In this document: positions 49,375 to 58,919 of the stretch, piece by piece
Layout of the letters: every line of letters begins with the position of its first letter
Position numbering within the stretch: position 1 is the stretch's first letter
Position numbers and translations under genes: made by a program
The notes under the pieces: model-generated
Databases searched by the model: none
The model's input: the letters and a program-made list of their open reading frames with translations, nothing else
What the model was told of the DNA's origin: nothing
NCBI GenBank assembly: GCA_963713855.1
Contig: OY970209.1
Coordinates: forward strand, 320,001 to 384,000
Direction of reading: 5' to 3'
DNA from: an uncultured bacterium
GTDB taxonomy: Bacteria; Babelota; Babeliae; Babelales; Babelaceae
DNA length: 64,000 bases

Positions 49375-50184
49375 TCACCAGTTCTGATTCTTTTTTATAT
49401 AGCCAAGATCAGCAAGTAATGTACCAGCGCGGTCTTTAAATTCCGCTTTATGTTTTTCCGTAAAATATGTCTGCCAACTACCTATCTTACCCTTTCTAAA
49501 AGTTGGAGATTGCCCAAAAAGAGTCTTGCCAATTTTTTTTGCTTGCTTCGATTGTATGGGATGACCGATGTGTTGAGCTATTTGTGCAATCACTTTAAAT
49601 TGCTTTTTTTCAACATTCTTGTTGTATACTTTTCTAGCTTTGGGCCCTACTAACTCTTCAAATTTGACCGTAATAAAATTGGGTGCGTTTTTCCAGGCTG
49701 TATACTGACTATAATTTGATAAGACTCCTGGGGTAGACAAGCCTAACTCCTTATAATCTTCACAATATATAAGCTTGGAAAGAAGTTCGTCGCGACTCAT
49801 GCCTTGTAACTTTGGCCAGTCGCCCGGGTGTTCATAAATCCATTCGAGGAAGGAGACTAATTGATCCCTTGGGTCTCTGCAAATAAAAATTCCTTTAAAG
49901 TTAGCTTCTTTAAGCATCTTGCTGTATTGCTCATCAAAGGGCAAGTGCGTAATAAAATAATTAGATTGATTTGCTTTATTAATTATCTTTTCATTTAAAT
50001 CCTTAGCAGACAAAATTGGAAAGCCATATTGTCGCTGCCTCTTTTCTATACGGCCAACACAGTCAGCCACGAGGTGATTACCCGCCTTGGGAATACCATT
50101 GATAACGATATTATATTTTTGCCCGCAAATGCTCAAACAGCTAAAAAGCACTAGCAGACTACTTGACGGTGCAATCAATTTCAT
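49375..50184 (-). CDS. Sulfotransferase-domain protein with signal peptide
   Basis: 5'-PSB IPKAGNH, 3'-PB RDPRDQLVS, KFEELV, FRKGKIGSW, LGY. Confidence 0.9.
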   Translation of the reverse strand: MKLIAPSSSLLVLFSCLSICGQKYNIVINGIPKAGNHLVADCVGRIEKRQRQYGFPILSAKDLNEKIINKANQSNYFITHLPFDEQYSKMLKEANFKGIFICRDPRDQLVSFLEWIYEHPGDWPKLQGMSRDELLSKLIYCEDYKELGLSTPGVLSNYSQYTAWKNAPNFITVKFEELVGPKARKVYNKNVEKKQFKVIAQIAQHIGHPIQSKQAKKIGKTLFGQSPTFRKGKIGSWQTYFTEKHKAEFKDRAGTLLADLGYIKKNQNW

Positions 50185-50400
50185 AACCGAACTCCCTAAG
50201 TCATTTTGTAAAAACTAGTCAAGTTTTATTTGTCTACGACGTATTATATCACTCTGTTTTCAATTTTGTCTAACCATGTGGCTTTTTTTAGTATTATCTC
50301 TCAAAAAGACGCTTTTTCTGCTTTTTTAAGGAGCGATATCATTTTACTTGTTATCTAAATATAAAGATATGTCTCAAAGATAAGGCGTGGCTTTATATAC

Positions 50401-51033
50401 TTAAATCAATGACGAAAGAGTGTATTCGCTTGCTTGTTGCACCTGACCTATAAGTTTTTCCAAGCGTTGTAAGAACAATTTTAATTTGCGATAATCATTG
50501 CCCGCGATGATAGAAAGTGTTGCTATAAACGTATCAATATGGGTTGGTGTAAGCAGATTATTATGAAAAAGCTGCTTTAAAAGCGCTAATAAAAGCTCGT
50601 CGAGCGAAAAAAGATTTTGAGAAGCACCACATAAAAGATGAACATAAAGGGCTTCTGCAAAAAAAAGCTGTAATTCTTCATGATCAGCAAGTCTGACGAA
50701 TGCATGAATTTTAGGTGGCCTTGGTGCCAATTGATAATACATATTTGTATGTTCTTTATAACCGAGAGTCAGGCATGACACGTGCGTTTGAAGAAGGGCA
50801 AAAATTTGTGGCTGCTCTCTATGCAGCTCCTCTTCAGTTTTTTGGTAGGGAAAAGGATATCGGCTTGCATCAATTGAGCCTGTCGTGACCTGCGTAACAA
50901 TGCCAAAAAGCTTTATATGCTCTTGTAGAGTTACTACTAAAGACCCAAAGGCAGGCATGCTATCCCATTTCCAACAATGAACTTTCCAGCTTGAAAGGGA
51001 GCTTTCTATAACTTCACCAAAGTGCTTCATCAT
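50401..51033 (-). CDS. HAS-barrel-like domain protein
   Basis: GEVIESS, PAFGSLV, EELHREQPQIFALL, PRPPKIHAFV pattern; ATGA overlap with rnhB. Confidence 0.7.
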   Translation of the reverse strand: MMKHFGEVIESSLSSWKVHCWKWDSMPAFGSLVVTLQEHIKLFGIVTQVTTGSIDASRYPFPYQKTEEELHREQPQIFALLQTHVSCLTLGYKEHTNMYYQLAPRPPKIHAFVRLADHEELQLFFAEALYVHLLCGASQNLFSLDELLLALLKQLFHNNLLTPTHIDTFIATLSIIAGNDYRKLKLFLQRLEKLIGQVQQASEYTLSSLI

Positions 51034-51704
51034 GAATAGCCACCATCTGAAAGGGTCAATTGTTCCTCGTCTAAATCAAAGTGGTCTACAAAGCTAGTAC
51101 GATGAATGATACTCCTACCCAAGAGCTCAATATTTTTTCTATGTAAGGCCGTGGCATATCCCTTGTGCTGACCGATGCCATAGGAAGGAAAAGCATTACC
51201 CATACTTTCCATTATCCGATCACGAGTCACTTTAGCAATGATAGAAGCTGCCGCTATAGAAATAGATTTACTTTCGCCTTTAGGAAAAGCAATAACCTTA
51301 CTTTGACCCTCGATGGTTAATGGGAGGGCATCGACCAAAATATATGAAGGTACACTTGACGAGCGAGGTAGCACCTGTATGACCGCTCTCTTCATAGCCA
51401 TAAGCGTGGCCCTGTAAATGTTTACAGTATCTATTGCACGATGGTGAATCACGCCCACAGCCGCCACACCATTATTGAGTATCCAAGTATAAGCGCGAAG
51501 CCGCTCAGGACAAGTAAGTTCTTTGGAATCTTTTATTAAACGGCTTTTGACTGTAGAGTTAAGAATAACGGCCGCAGTGACCAAAGGGCCTGCTAATGAG
51601 CCTCGACCTACCTCATCAACACCGCAAACACATTCCCGGGCTTTCCATGCTGTATCTTCGTAAAAATTCTTTTTAAAGTCAGGCTTACGCCGCACGGTAA
51701 CCAT
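51030..51704 (-). CDS. rnhB: Ribonuclease HII
   Basis: GVDEVGRGSLAGP, KDSK, LVDA, SIAAASIIAKVTRD, HKGY, HRTSF. Confidence 0.96.
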   Translation of the reverse strand: MVTVRRKPDFKKNFYEDTAWKARECVCGVDEVGRGSLAGPLVTAAVILNSTVKSRLIKDSKELTCPERLRAYTWILNNGVAAVGVIHHRAIDTVNIYRATLMAMKRAVIQVLPRSSSVPSYILVDALPLTIEGQSKVIAFPKGESKSISIAAASIIAKVTRDRIMESMGNAFPSYGIGQHKGYATALHRKNIELLGRSIIHRTSFVDHFDLDEEQLTLSDGGYS

Positions 51705-51721
51705 AAGCTTCGTTTTTCCAT

Positions 51722-51749
51722 TTGACAAGAATAACGGGTTGAGTACAAT
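51722..51749 (+). promoter_or_regulatory. Sigma70 promoter of XRE/S24 regulator
   Basis: TTGACA-16-TACAAT. Confidence 0.7.
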
Positions 51750-51812
51750 TAGAATTACGCGGTTAATAACCATACTATCATGCTTTTCAAAAACATACAA
51801 AAGGAGTTGACT

Positions 51813-52499
51813 ATGTCAGCGTCATCATCACCTACGGCACTACGCGTAAAAGAGCTACTACGCGAAAAGGGATGGACGACCAAAATCTTAGCTGAAAAGA
51901 CTGGAATGTCAGAAAGCTATTTAACCCACATCAAAAATGGAACAAGACGGTGGAATGAGGATTCTCTTAGAAAGCTTGCACATGCTTTTGAAGTAGGACC
52001 TATCGAGCTTTTTGCCCAGCATCGTCAACGCACTGATCAGGTAATAAGCAACGTTAAAATGCCTGAAAAATCCGATGTTCAGGTACAAGTGCAAATCGTA
52101 CCTGTAGTTGGTGATATACCTTCACATCCTTCTCCATATAATAACCAGCTTATGCAAATAACGACTGGATGCAAAGATATGTTTGTTCCTATATTGAACA
52201 AAACCGATCCAGGCATGTTTGCATTAGCTCTTAATAACAACCTTCTTGCGCCTACTTTTGAAAAAGGTGATTTACTTATTGTCTCGACTGAGGTATGGAC
52301 CCGCTCTGGAGACATTGCAGCGGTCGAGTTTGGCAATGACACACCTGTAAAGGGAATCATGAAAGTTACCTTTACCGATGACTTTGTCGTTCTCGAGTCA
52401 GTCAACTATAAGCAAGCACCAATTGCTCTTGTAAGAGCCAAAGACCATTTCAGGATAATTGGGCGTGTAATTGCTCGCTATCAAAATCTTGAAGAATAA
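51813..52499 (+). CDS. XRE HTH + S24-like (LexA/CI-type) transcriptional regulator
   Basis: AAGGAG SD; HTH LAEKTGMSESYLTHIKNG; C-domain FAL..GDLLIV..SGDIAAV..LESVN..RIIGRVI. Confidence 0.85.
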   Translation: MSASSSPTALRVKELLREKGWTTKILAEKTGMSESYLTHIKNGTRRWNEDSLRKLAHAFEVGPIELFAQHRQRTDQVISNVKMPEKSDVQVQVQIVPVVGDIPSHPSPYNNQLMQITTGCKDMFVPILNKTDPGMFALALNNNLLAPTFEKGDLLIVSTEVWTRSGDIAAVEFGNDTPVKGIMKVTFTDDFVVLESVNYKQAPIALVRAKDHFRIIGRVIARYQNLEE

Positions 52500-52520
52500 G
52501 AATTAGTATAAAACTGCTAA

Positions 52521-52546
52521 ATACGTGCTTTTGCAAAAGCACGTAT
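52521..52546. repeat. Perfect 26-bp palindrome between regulator and rpsF
   Basis: ATACGTGCTTTTG|CAAAAGCACGTAT. Confidence 0.9.
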
Positions 52547-52576
52547 AGTGTAAACACTTCCATTTAGTAGAGGACC

Positions 52577-53089
52577 TTGATGACAACACGATATGAACTT
52601 ATGATGATCGCTAGTCCAGAAATAACGAGCGATGAATCAGCAAAGCTTGAGTCCGCTATTGCGCAAACAATAGACGAAAATAAGGGTAGACTTATCTCCT
52701 TCGAGCAATGGGGCAAGTACCGCCTTGCATACCTTATTGAAGGTAAAGAATATGGCGTTTACTTTCTCGTTCGCTTTGAAGCATCTGAAATCAATGCCAA
52801 TAACGTGCTTTCTGCCTTACACAAGCTGCTTTCGGTGGCAAATGTAGAGCTTGTTATGCGCTTTAGAATCTTTAAACTTGACCCACGTGCTTCTCTTTCA
52901 TACCACCGACCAGAGTCTCTTGAAGAAACGCCAAGCAAGGACGTTGAAAGCTTTCTTAAGGACAGCAGGATGACGGGGCTTTTGCATGGGCGATCTGAAA
53001 GAGGAAGAGGTCCACGTGACTTTAACAAAAACCAGGAAGAATCAATTGACGTTGATGACCTGGAAGAATCTATTGAAACGGAGGCATAA
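52577..53089 (+). CDS. rpsF: 30S ribosomal protein S6 with acidic C-terminal extension
   Basis: [29 protein letters not shown]. Confidence 0.93.
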   Translation: MMTTRYELMMIASPEITSDESAKLESAIAQTIDENKGRLISFEQWGKYRLAYLIEGKEYGVYFLVRFEASEINANNVLSALHKLLSVANVELVMRFRIFKLDPRASLSYHRPESLEETPSKDVESFLKDSRMTGLLHGRSERGRGPRDFNKNQEESIDVDDLEESIETEA

Positions 53090-53091
53090 GA

Positions 53092-53382
53092 ATGGCTCGT
53101 AGAGTTAAACTTAAAGTAAGTGCACGTCTTCTGCGTAAAAAAGCTCGAAGAGGCTCTTTATTTGCAGGAAAACACTGCAGATTCTGTAGCAGCGATGCTC
53201 AGGCAGCATCACTTGATTATAAGAACGCAAATTTACTCAAAAGCTTCATTACTGAGCGTTGCAAAATTTTGCCTTCACGCATATCAGGTAACTGTGCTCT
53301 GCATCAGCGCAGGCTCGCTACTGAGATTAAAAGAGCCCGCGTCATGGCATTACTACCCTTTGCTTCACATCAAGTAGCTTAA
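53092..53382 (+). CDS. rpsR: 30S ribosomal protein S18 (Zn-binding form)
   Basis: [36 protein letters not shown]. Confidence 0.97.
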   Translation: MARRVKLKVSARLLRKKARRGSLFAGKHCRFCSSDAQAASLDYKNANLLKSFITERCKILPSRISGNCALHQRRLATEIKRARVMALLPFASHQVA

Positions 53383-53387
53383 AGGTA

Positions 53388-53423
53388 CTTTCTTAAGAAG
53401 GGGCGTTCCCCTTCTTAAGAAAG
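53388..53423. terminator. Strong hairpin/terminator after rpsR
   Basis: CTTTCTTAAGAAGGGG-CGTT-CCCCTTCTTAAGAAAG 16-bp stem. Confidence 0.75.
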
Positions 53424-53537
53424 GTCAAACTCAGTTATTCATCGGTTAACTCAGCTAGACAAAAAAAACTTGACCGATATACTAAAAGAAATACTATCCA
53501 CGTCACTTACGCATTTTTACGAGAAAGATTCAAGGGC

Positions 53538-55334
53538 ATGGCCTTACAGCACAGAGAGAAGGTACGCAACATAGCAATTATTGCTCACGTAGACCACGGC
53601 AAGACAACGCTGGTTGATAAACTTTTGCGCCAAGCGGGCACTATAAGTGAAGCTGCTGGTGAGCGAGTTATGGACAGTAACGCGCTTGAGCGCGAACGGG
53701 GTATTACCATTTTAGCCAAAAATACTGGCATCAAGTGTGGCGATTACACTATCAACATCGTTGATACTCCTGGACACAGCGACTTTGGTGGCGAGGTAGA
53801 GCGCACTCTGCAAATGGTTGAGGGCTTTTTGCTCTTAGTGGATGCAGCTGAAGGAGTTTTGCCAGGGACAAGATTTGTGCTCTATAAAGCCTTACAACTC
53901 AACTTAAAACCTATCGTTTTTATTAATAAAATCGATCGTAAAGATGCCGATATTGAACGAACGGAAAACCAAATTCACGATCTTTTTCTCGATCTTGCTG
54001 TTAGTGACAATCAATTACATTTTCCGGTCTTATACGGTTCTTCACGCCAAGGATTTGCTACCGCCGATATCAAAAAGTCTTCTGAATCGTTAAAACCTCT
54101 TTTTGATGCTATCATTGAGCACATTCCCGCTCCTATTGAAAAAGAACAAGGCTTACAGCTTCTTGTAACCAATTTAGACCACTCAGACTTTTTAGGAACT
54201 ATAGCAATTGGCAGGATTTTCAGTGGTAAGATTCGCGTTGGACAATCCTTCATTTGCTGCAAGGACGACTTTGTAAGTAAGCCAATGCGCGTTACTAAAC
54301 TGTATACTTTCTATGGCCTTGAGCGCGTTGAAACAGCTGAAGCATGCTTTGGTGATATTGTAGCGCTTACCGGATTTACTGAACCTGTAAGCATCGGAAC
54401 AACACTTTGCGATGTTTCAAACCCTCTACCACATGCCTACGTCAAAGTTGATGAGCCGACCATGGCAATTTACATCTCGGTCAACGACTCACCGTTTAAC
54501 GGGCAAGATGGAAAGCTCCTTACTTCAAGGCAAATTAAAGAGCGCCTTGAAAAAGAGCTTAAAACTAATGTGGCTCTACGCGTGGAAGCTACAGATTCGC
54601 CCGATGCATTCAAAGTCTCCGGTCGCGGACAACTTCATTTAAGCATCCTTATTGAAAACATGCGCCGTGAAGGCTTTGAGCTTCAGGTTTCTGCACCTGA
54701 AGTGATTTATCAAACTATTAACGGCACAAGGCACGAACCGATCGAGTATCTCGTTGTAGATATACCAGAAGAGTACCAGGGCGTCGTTATTGAGTCTTTG
54801 GGTCGCAAAAAGGCTGATATGAAAAACCTTGTACATTACGGAAATAAACGTGTTCGCATTGAATTTGAAATACCTTCGCGCGGACTTCTCGGTTTTAGAA
54901 GCCAATTTTTAACCGATACTCGTGGTACAGGTATTGCAACATTTAGCTTTTCCGGTTACCAGCCCTACAAAGGCGACATTCAATTACGTACCAAAGGCAC
55001 ACTCGTGTCAATGGAACAAGGCTCTGCTACCTCCTTCGCTTTAGAAACCCTCCAACAAAGAGGGGTCTTATTCGTTCGACCAACTAACAAGATCTATGAG
55101 GGTATGATTGTCGGTGAGAATAGCCGCGAAGGTGACATGGATGTTAATCCCTGCAAACTGAAGAAATTAACTAACATGCGTGCTGCAGGTTCTGAAGATC
55201 TTGTAAAGCTAGAGCCCCCTCGGGTAATGGATCTTGAGATGTGCATGGAATGGATAATGCCCGACGAGCTTATCGAGGTCACCCCTAACCATATACGGCT
55301 CAGGAAAAAGATTTTAAGAGCCGCGTTGCGGTAG
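53538..55334 (+). CDS. typA: Translational GTPase TypA/BipA
   Basis: [62 protein letters not shown]. Confidence 0.98.
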   Translation: MALQHREKVRNIAIIAHVDHGKTTLVDKLLRQAGTISEAAGERVMDSNALERERGITILAKNTGIKCGDYTINIVDTPGHSDFGGEVERTLQMVEGFLLLVDAAEGVLPGTRFVLYKALQLNLKPIVFINKIDRKDADIERTENQIHDLFLDLAVSDNQLHFPVLYGSSRQGFATADIKKSSESLKPLFDAIIEHIPAPIEKEQGLQLLVTNLDHSDFLGTIAIGRIFSGKIRVGQSFICCKDDFVSKPMRVTKLYTFYGLERVETAEACFGDIVALTGFTEPVSIGTTLCDVSNPLPHAYVKVDEPTMAIYISVNDSPFNGQDGKLLTSRQIKERLEKELKTNVALRVEATDSPDAFKVSGRGQLHLSILIENMRREGFELQVSAPEVIYQTINGTRHEPIEYLVVDIPEEYQGVVIESLGRKKADMKNLVHYGNKRVRIEFEIPSRGLLGFRSQFLTDTRGTGIATFSFSGYQPYKGDIQLRTKGTLVSMEQGSATSFALETLQQRGVLFVRPTNKIYEGMIVGENSREGDMDVNPCKLKKLTNMRAAGSEDLVKLEPPRVMDLEMCMEWIMPDELIEVTPNHIRLRKKILRAALR

Positions 55335-55336
55335 AC

Positions 55337-56083
55337 CTAGTCTTTTTTTTCGTGTGCCCTTAAAGTGCTCACAAAAGCGTATACAAGTACGATGACTCCA
55401 AGAAGAGTGAAAAGGGTCAAGAAGCGTCCCGTGTGTCCGCTCTCTTTACCTGTAAGGGCCAGGGCTTTAATATGGCTAGCAGTACAGGTATATATCCAGC
55501 TTACCGGCATACTTGCAAAAAATATAGCGAACGTAAACGTTATTAGTCGCATAGAGGAAAGTGCTGCTAAAGCGGTAATGGCCCCAAAAGGCATTATGGG
55601 TAGAAGTTGTAGCGCAAATATATAGTACACGCCCGATCGCTGAAAGTAATAGCGAAATCTCTCTAAAAATCTTCCATATTTGCGCTCAATATAGGGTGAT
55701 GCCCACCGACGGATGATCACAAAAGCCACAATAGCTCCGAGGGTGGATGCAAGCACCGTATAGACAAAGCCTTCTAAGCAGCCAAAGACGAATCCACCCA
55801 TCATGGTTAGAGCAATTGTAATAGGAAGCCCGATTGCTGCTACAAAGGCATAGGCAAATATGTACGCAAGCACAGCCGTACCATATCTTTTTTGCACAAG
55901 AGTCTCAAGAGCGTGTGTATACCTTAAAAATCGCTCCAAGGAAAAAAAATCTCGAAATAACCAATAGATGAGAAGAAAAACGCCAATCAACAAGGCGGTA
56001 AAACCTATCCGGTACCAGCGCTTTTTATGTTTCACCAAAATTCCTTTCAAAAGCACAATCAGCTTATAAGGATGCCCTACCAA
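55337..56083 (-). CDS. TVP38/TMEM64 (DedA/SNARE-associated) membrane protein
   Basis: Multi-TM; LTMMGGFVFG, TLGAIVAF, LLPIMPF; start uncertain. Confidence 0.85.
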   Translation of the reverse strand: MVGHPYKLIVLLKGILVKHKKRWYRIGFTALLIGVFLLIYWLFRDFFSLERFLRYTHALETLVQKRYGTAVLAYIFAYAFVAAIGLPITIALTMMGGFVFGCLEGFVYTVLASTLGAIVAFVIIRRWASPYIERKYGRFLERFRYYFQRSGVYYIFALQLLPIMPFGAITALAALSSMRLITFTFAIFFASMPVSWIYTCTASHIKALALTGKESGHTGRFLTLFTLLGVIVLVYAFVSTLRAHEKKD

Positions 56084-56151
56084 GAGCGGGCTAAAAGATT
56101 TTATGCTTATGATTATGGAACAACAAACAAAAATAGCAAGCGCTTAAGCAA

Positions 56152-56183
56152 AAAAAGACCGGCTTCGAATAACCGGTCTTTTT
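56152..56183. terminator. Rho-independent terminator
   Basis: AAAAAGACCGG...CCGGTCTTTTT. Confidence 0.8.
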
Positions 56184-56194
56184 AAAAAATATAA

Positions 56195-56944
56195 TTAAAC
56201 CCTATTGATAAGAAGGGAAACGGTCGTTTCAGCATCACCAATTGCGCTCAACTGGCAAGTCTCATCATCTCCTAAAAACTCTAACTTAAAATTCTGTCCT
56301 GCAACTCCTTTAAGGAGAAACCTCGTATTAGTGCTTTTTAAGAAATTCGATCCATAATTGCCTGTCTCGCTACCTTCTACCTTTTCTTCTGCACCCAGTG
56401 GTCCAAACATAGCACGTATAACAACACCTTTATGGGTCGTTTCTCTTAACATAGCAACACCCGCGGTGTAACTGACCTCATAAGCGGCGGTTTCCGGGCA
56501 CGTAAAATTCGCGCTACCGAGTTCGTGCTTCCAGCCTTCTGATTCACCTTTTTGATTAAAGGTTATTGCCTGATATTTATCGACTGATTTATAGGCTTGT
56601 ACCTCGTTAGAAGAAGCGCTTATATAGCTTTTCTGATCTCGAGAACAGTCGCAAGGAAAGCCATCTTTTCCAGGTCTTCCATCCCTACCATCTTTCCCAT
56701 CGAGACCTTTTACGATTTTTACGGGCGTGGGCGTATCGTCCAAGCTTTTATAACCATTTTTGGATGATTTCCCTTTGCAGCCCCCATTTCGTCTACATGA
56801 ATTTTTTGAGGAACCTTTGTTACCTTTTTTCTTCATGATATGGGCTTGCCGTCCATCACGCGAAAGTGCCCAATCAGTACTGAAAGAGCAAGATAATGCT
56901 ACAATTGACAAAAGCGCAGTTTTTAAGAAGGATTCTCTTTTCAT
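56195..56944 (-). CDS. Secreted protein with short collagen-like repeat and BclA/C1q-like C-domain
   Basis: AAGGAG SD; signal peptide; GLDGKDGRDGRPGKDGFP; AITFN..FTCPETAAYEVSY..VSLLINRV. Confidence 0.7.
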   Translation of the reverse strand: MKRESFLKTALLSIVALSCSFSTDWALSRDGRQAHIMKKKGNKGSSKNSCRRNGGCKGKSSKNGYKSLDDTPTPVKIVKGLDGKDGRDGRPGKDGFPCDCSRDQKSYISASSNEVQAYKSVDKYQAITFNQKGESEGWKHELGSANFTCPETAAYEVSYTAGVAMLRETTHKGVVIRAMFGPLGAEEKVEGSETGNYGSNFLKSTNTRFLLKGVAGQNFKLEFLGDDETCQLSAIGDAETTVSLLINRV

Positions 56945-57065
56945 ATACATCTCCTTTTTATACATGAACAATGAGCTTTTATACATTAGCACATCAAGGA
57001 GAATATACAAGCCGAGTTATGTTAGAGCCTATTTTATAAGACTTGCAATGATGCCTTTAAAAAAG

Positions 57066-57093
57066 ATAAGGCGTGCTCACGGGCACGCCTTAT
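57066..57093 (-). terminator. Rho-independent terminator
   Basis: ATAAGGCGTGC...GCACGCCTTAT hairpin downstream of 57123..57731. Confidence 0.7.
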
Positions 57094-57122
57094 TATCTTA
57101 CAGTGCGGCTCTTTTTTGCTTT

Positions 57123-57731
57123 TTATAGTTCGGTCTTTACAGCCGCAGCTAAAACTTGTTCTACGGTTAGCCCTGGATTTGTCGCCTTAAATGTTTCAAC
57201 AATCTCCTTCAAGGCTTTTTCAACATCTCTTCTTTTTTCAGCTTTTGCTTTTGCGACTTCGGCTTCGTCCCGCGCGTCTTCAAGATCAGCGTCGTGTTGC
57301 CAAGAGAGAAGCACTTGCTGAGTAGCTATGTAAAGCTCTCTTAAGAAAGTCACGCTACCAAAACCAATTCCTAGCATCTTTATTAACTTAGGCATAAGAT
57401 TGAGCACACGTGATGGACTTGGACTGCTTGCATCTGCGCCCTTCGTTGTTATCTCCTCAGTAGTACATGGTTTTTTCGCACTTTCTACGCCAGCTCGAAG
57501 AAGGTAGGTAAGAACGAGTGCTAAAGTTAGGCCTGAGATTCCTCCAAAAAATGCATCTGTTTTCCAGTAATTTGCTTGACCTAATTGATGCAAATACTCA
57601 TCATCAACTTTGTTTTGTGTTTCGGCTAGTTGGGCATCAATATCGGCAATCGCCTTGTCATGTTTTTGACCAAAGCAATTTAGCGATAGCAAGCTCCAGG
57701 CCATGGCCCAGCTTAGAATAAGCTTATTCAC
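57123..57731 (-). CDS. Secreted/membrane hypothetical protein
   Basis: AAGGAG SD, GTG start, signal peptide, two hydrophobic segments, coiled coils. Confidence 0.7.
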   Translation of the reverse strand: MNKLILSWAMAWSLLSLNCFGQKHDKAIADIDAQLAETQNKVDDEYLHQLGQANYWKTDAFFGGISGLTLALVLTYLLRAGVESAKKPCTTEEITTKGADASSPSPSRVLNLMPKLIKMLGIGFGSVTFLRELYIATQQVLLSWQHDADLEDARDEAEVAKAKAEKRRDVEKALKEIVETFKATNPGLTVEQVLAAAVKTEL

Positions 57732-58148
57732 TGAACTCTCCTTCAGAGATAAAGGTTTTTAATATAGGGACGGCATCCTTTGATAAAAATCTTTAAGCCG
57801 ATTGAGCGTAGCATACCTTAAACGCCACGTCCAGAATATTATGTCAAAAAAAAAATCCCTTTTTCTGGCTGTCAATGGGAGCTTTTTAGCTTTAGATTTA
57901 AAAGCAAACTTTTCTATCAACTAAAGTGTCTGCGAATCCGAACAGTCAAACGAAGAGTACTATAAGCCCCCAAAGATAAACCTTAAACCATATTTCATAA
58001 GGTTCTCTTTAATTGTAGGCAAAATACCAGAGTTAGAATAACGATGGGCTTTTTGTTGTCAAGAAAACCACAAGGGCCACTTGCTCTCCTAAAGAAGTTT
58101 GTGCATACTTTTAGTGAAGAGCTTTAAAAAGGGCATACGCGCGAAACT

Positions 58149-58919
58149 GTGAAATATCTTATTCTTTTGGCATACGATGGAACCCGCTATCAAGGTTGGC
58201 AGGAACAACCTCATCAAAGCACTGTTGTAGATACGCTTAAAAACACCTTTTTAGAAACTTTTGGGACCCCGGCTTTCTTATATGGAGCATCTAGAACCGA
58301 TAGTGGTGTGCACGCTTTGGGACAAGTGGCAGAGGTCACGTCTTCCTTCGAGATCGACCCGGAAACTTTAAAGCGGGCATGGAATGGTCGGTTGCCCCAA
58401 GACATCCACATCCGTAAAGCAGTTATCACACCCAATGAGTTTAACCCCCGATCTTGTGTGCGAGAAAAAACGTATTACTATCACTTTTTTACCCAAAGAG
58501 CATTACCCCATTGGGCGCGTTACGGAACGGTATACTGGCAAGCTTTAGACTTTGACAAACTTAAAGAAGCGCTTACGCTTTTTGAGGGGACGCACGATTT
58601 TAGGTCTTTTTGCACGGGCGATGAACAGGAAAACACTATTAGAACGATCAACGCTATAAAATTAATTTACTTAAAAAACTTCAAAACCTATAGAATCGTA
58701 TTCCAGGGACCAGGTTTTCTTAGATACATGATTAGGCGCATTGTCGGGGCATGCATGGCCTCAGCTATGCGACAAGAGATCTCTCTAGAACTTCTTTCAA
58801 AAACACTTGTCTCTTGCGATCCCCATCACACCTTGCCTACAGCACCTGCTCACGGTTTGGTACTTCGGAAAATAGAATATATACAATCACCTTGGAAAGA
58901 AAATGACACGCACATTTAA
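58149..58919 (+). CDS. truA: tRNA pseudouridine(38-40) synthase
   Basis: AYDGTRYQGWQ, ASRTDSGVHALGQ, GTHDFRSF, GFLRYMIRRIVG, TAPAHGL. Confidence 0.97.
   Translation: MKYLILLAYDGTRYQGWQEQPHQSTVVDTLKNTFLETFGTPAFLYGASRTDSGVHALGQVAEVTSSFEIDPETLKRAWNGRLPQDIHIRKAVITPNEFNPRSCVREKTYYYHFFTQRALPHWARYGTVYWQALDFDKLKEALTLFEGTHDFRSFCTGDEQENTIRTINAIKLIYLKNFKTYRIVFQGPGFLRYMIRRIVGACMASAMRQEISLELLSKTLVSCDPHHTLPTAPAHGLVLRKIEYIQSPWKENDTHI

Noticed and set aside
52577..53382. Absence of ssb/priB between rpsF and rpsR
   Set aside because: The rpsF-rpsR arrangement is widespread and not unusual
57760..58010. Possible decayed minus-strand gene starting MKYGLRFIFGG
   Set aside because: Multiple stops and shifts, no recognisable family
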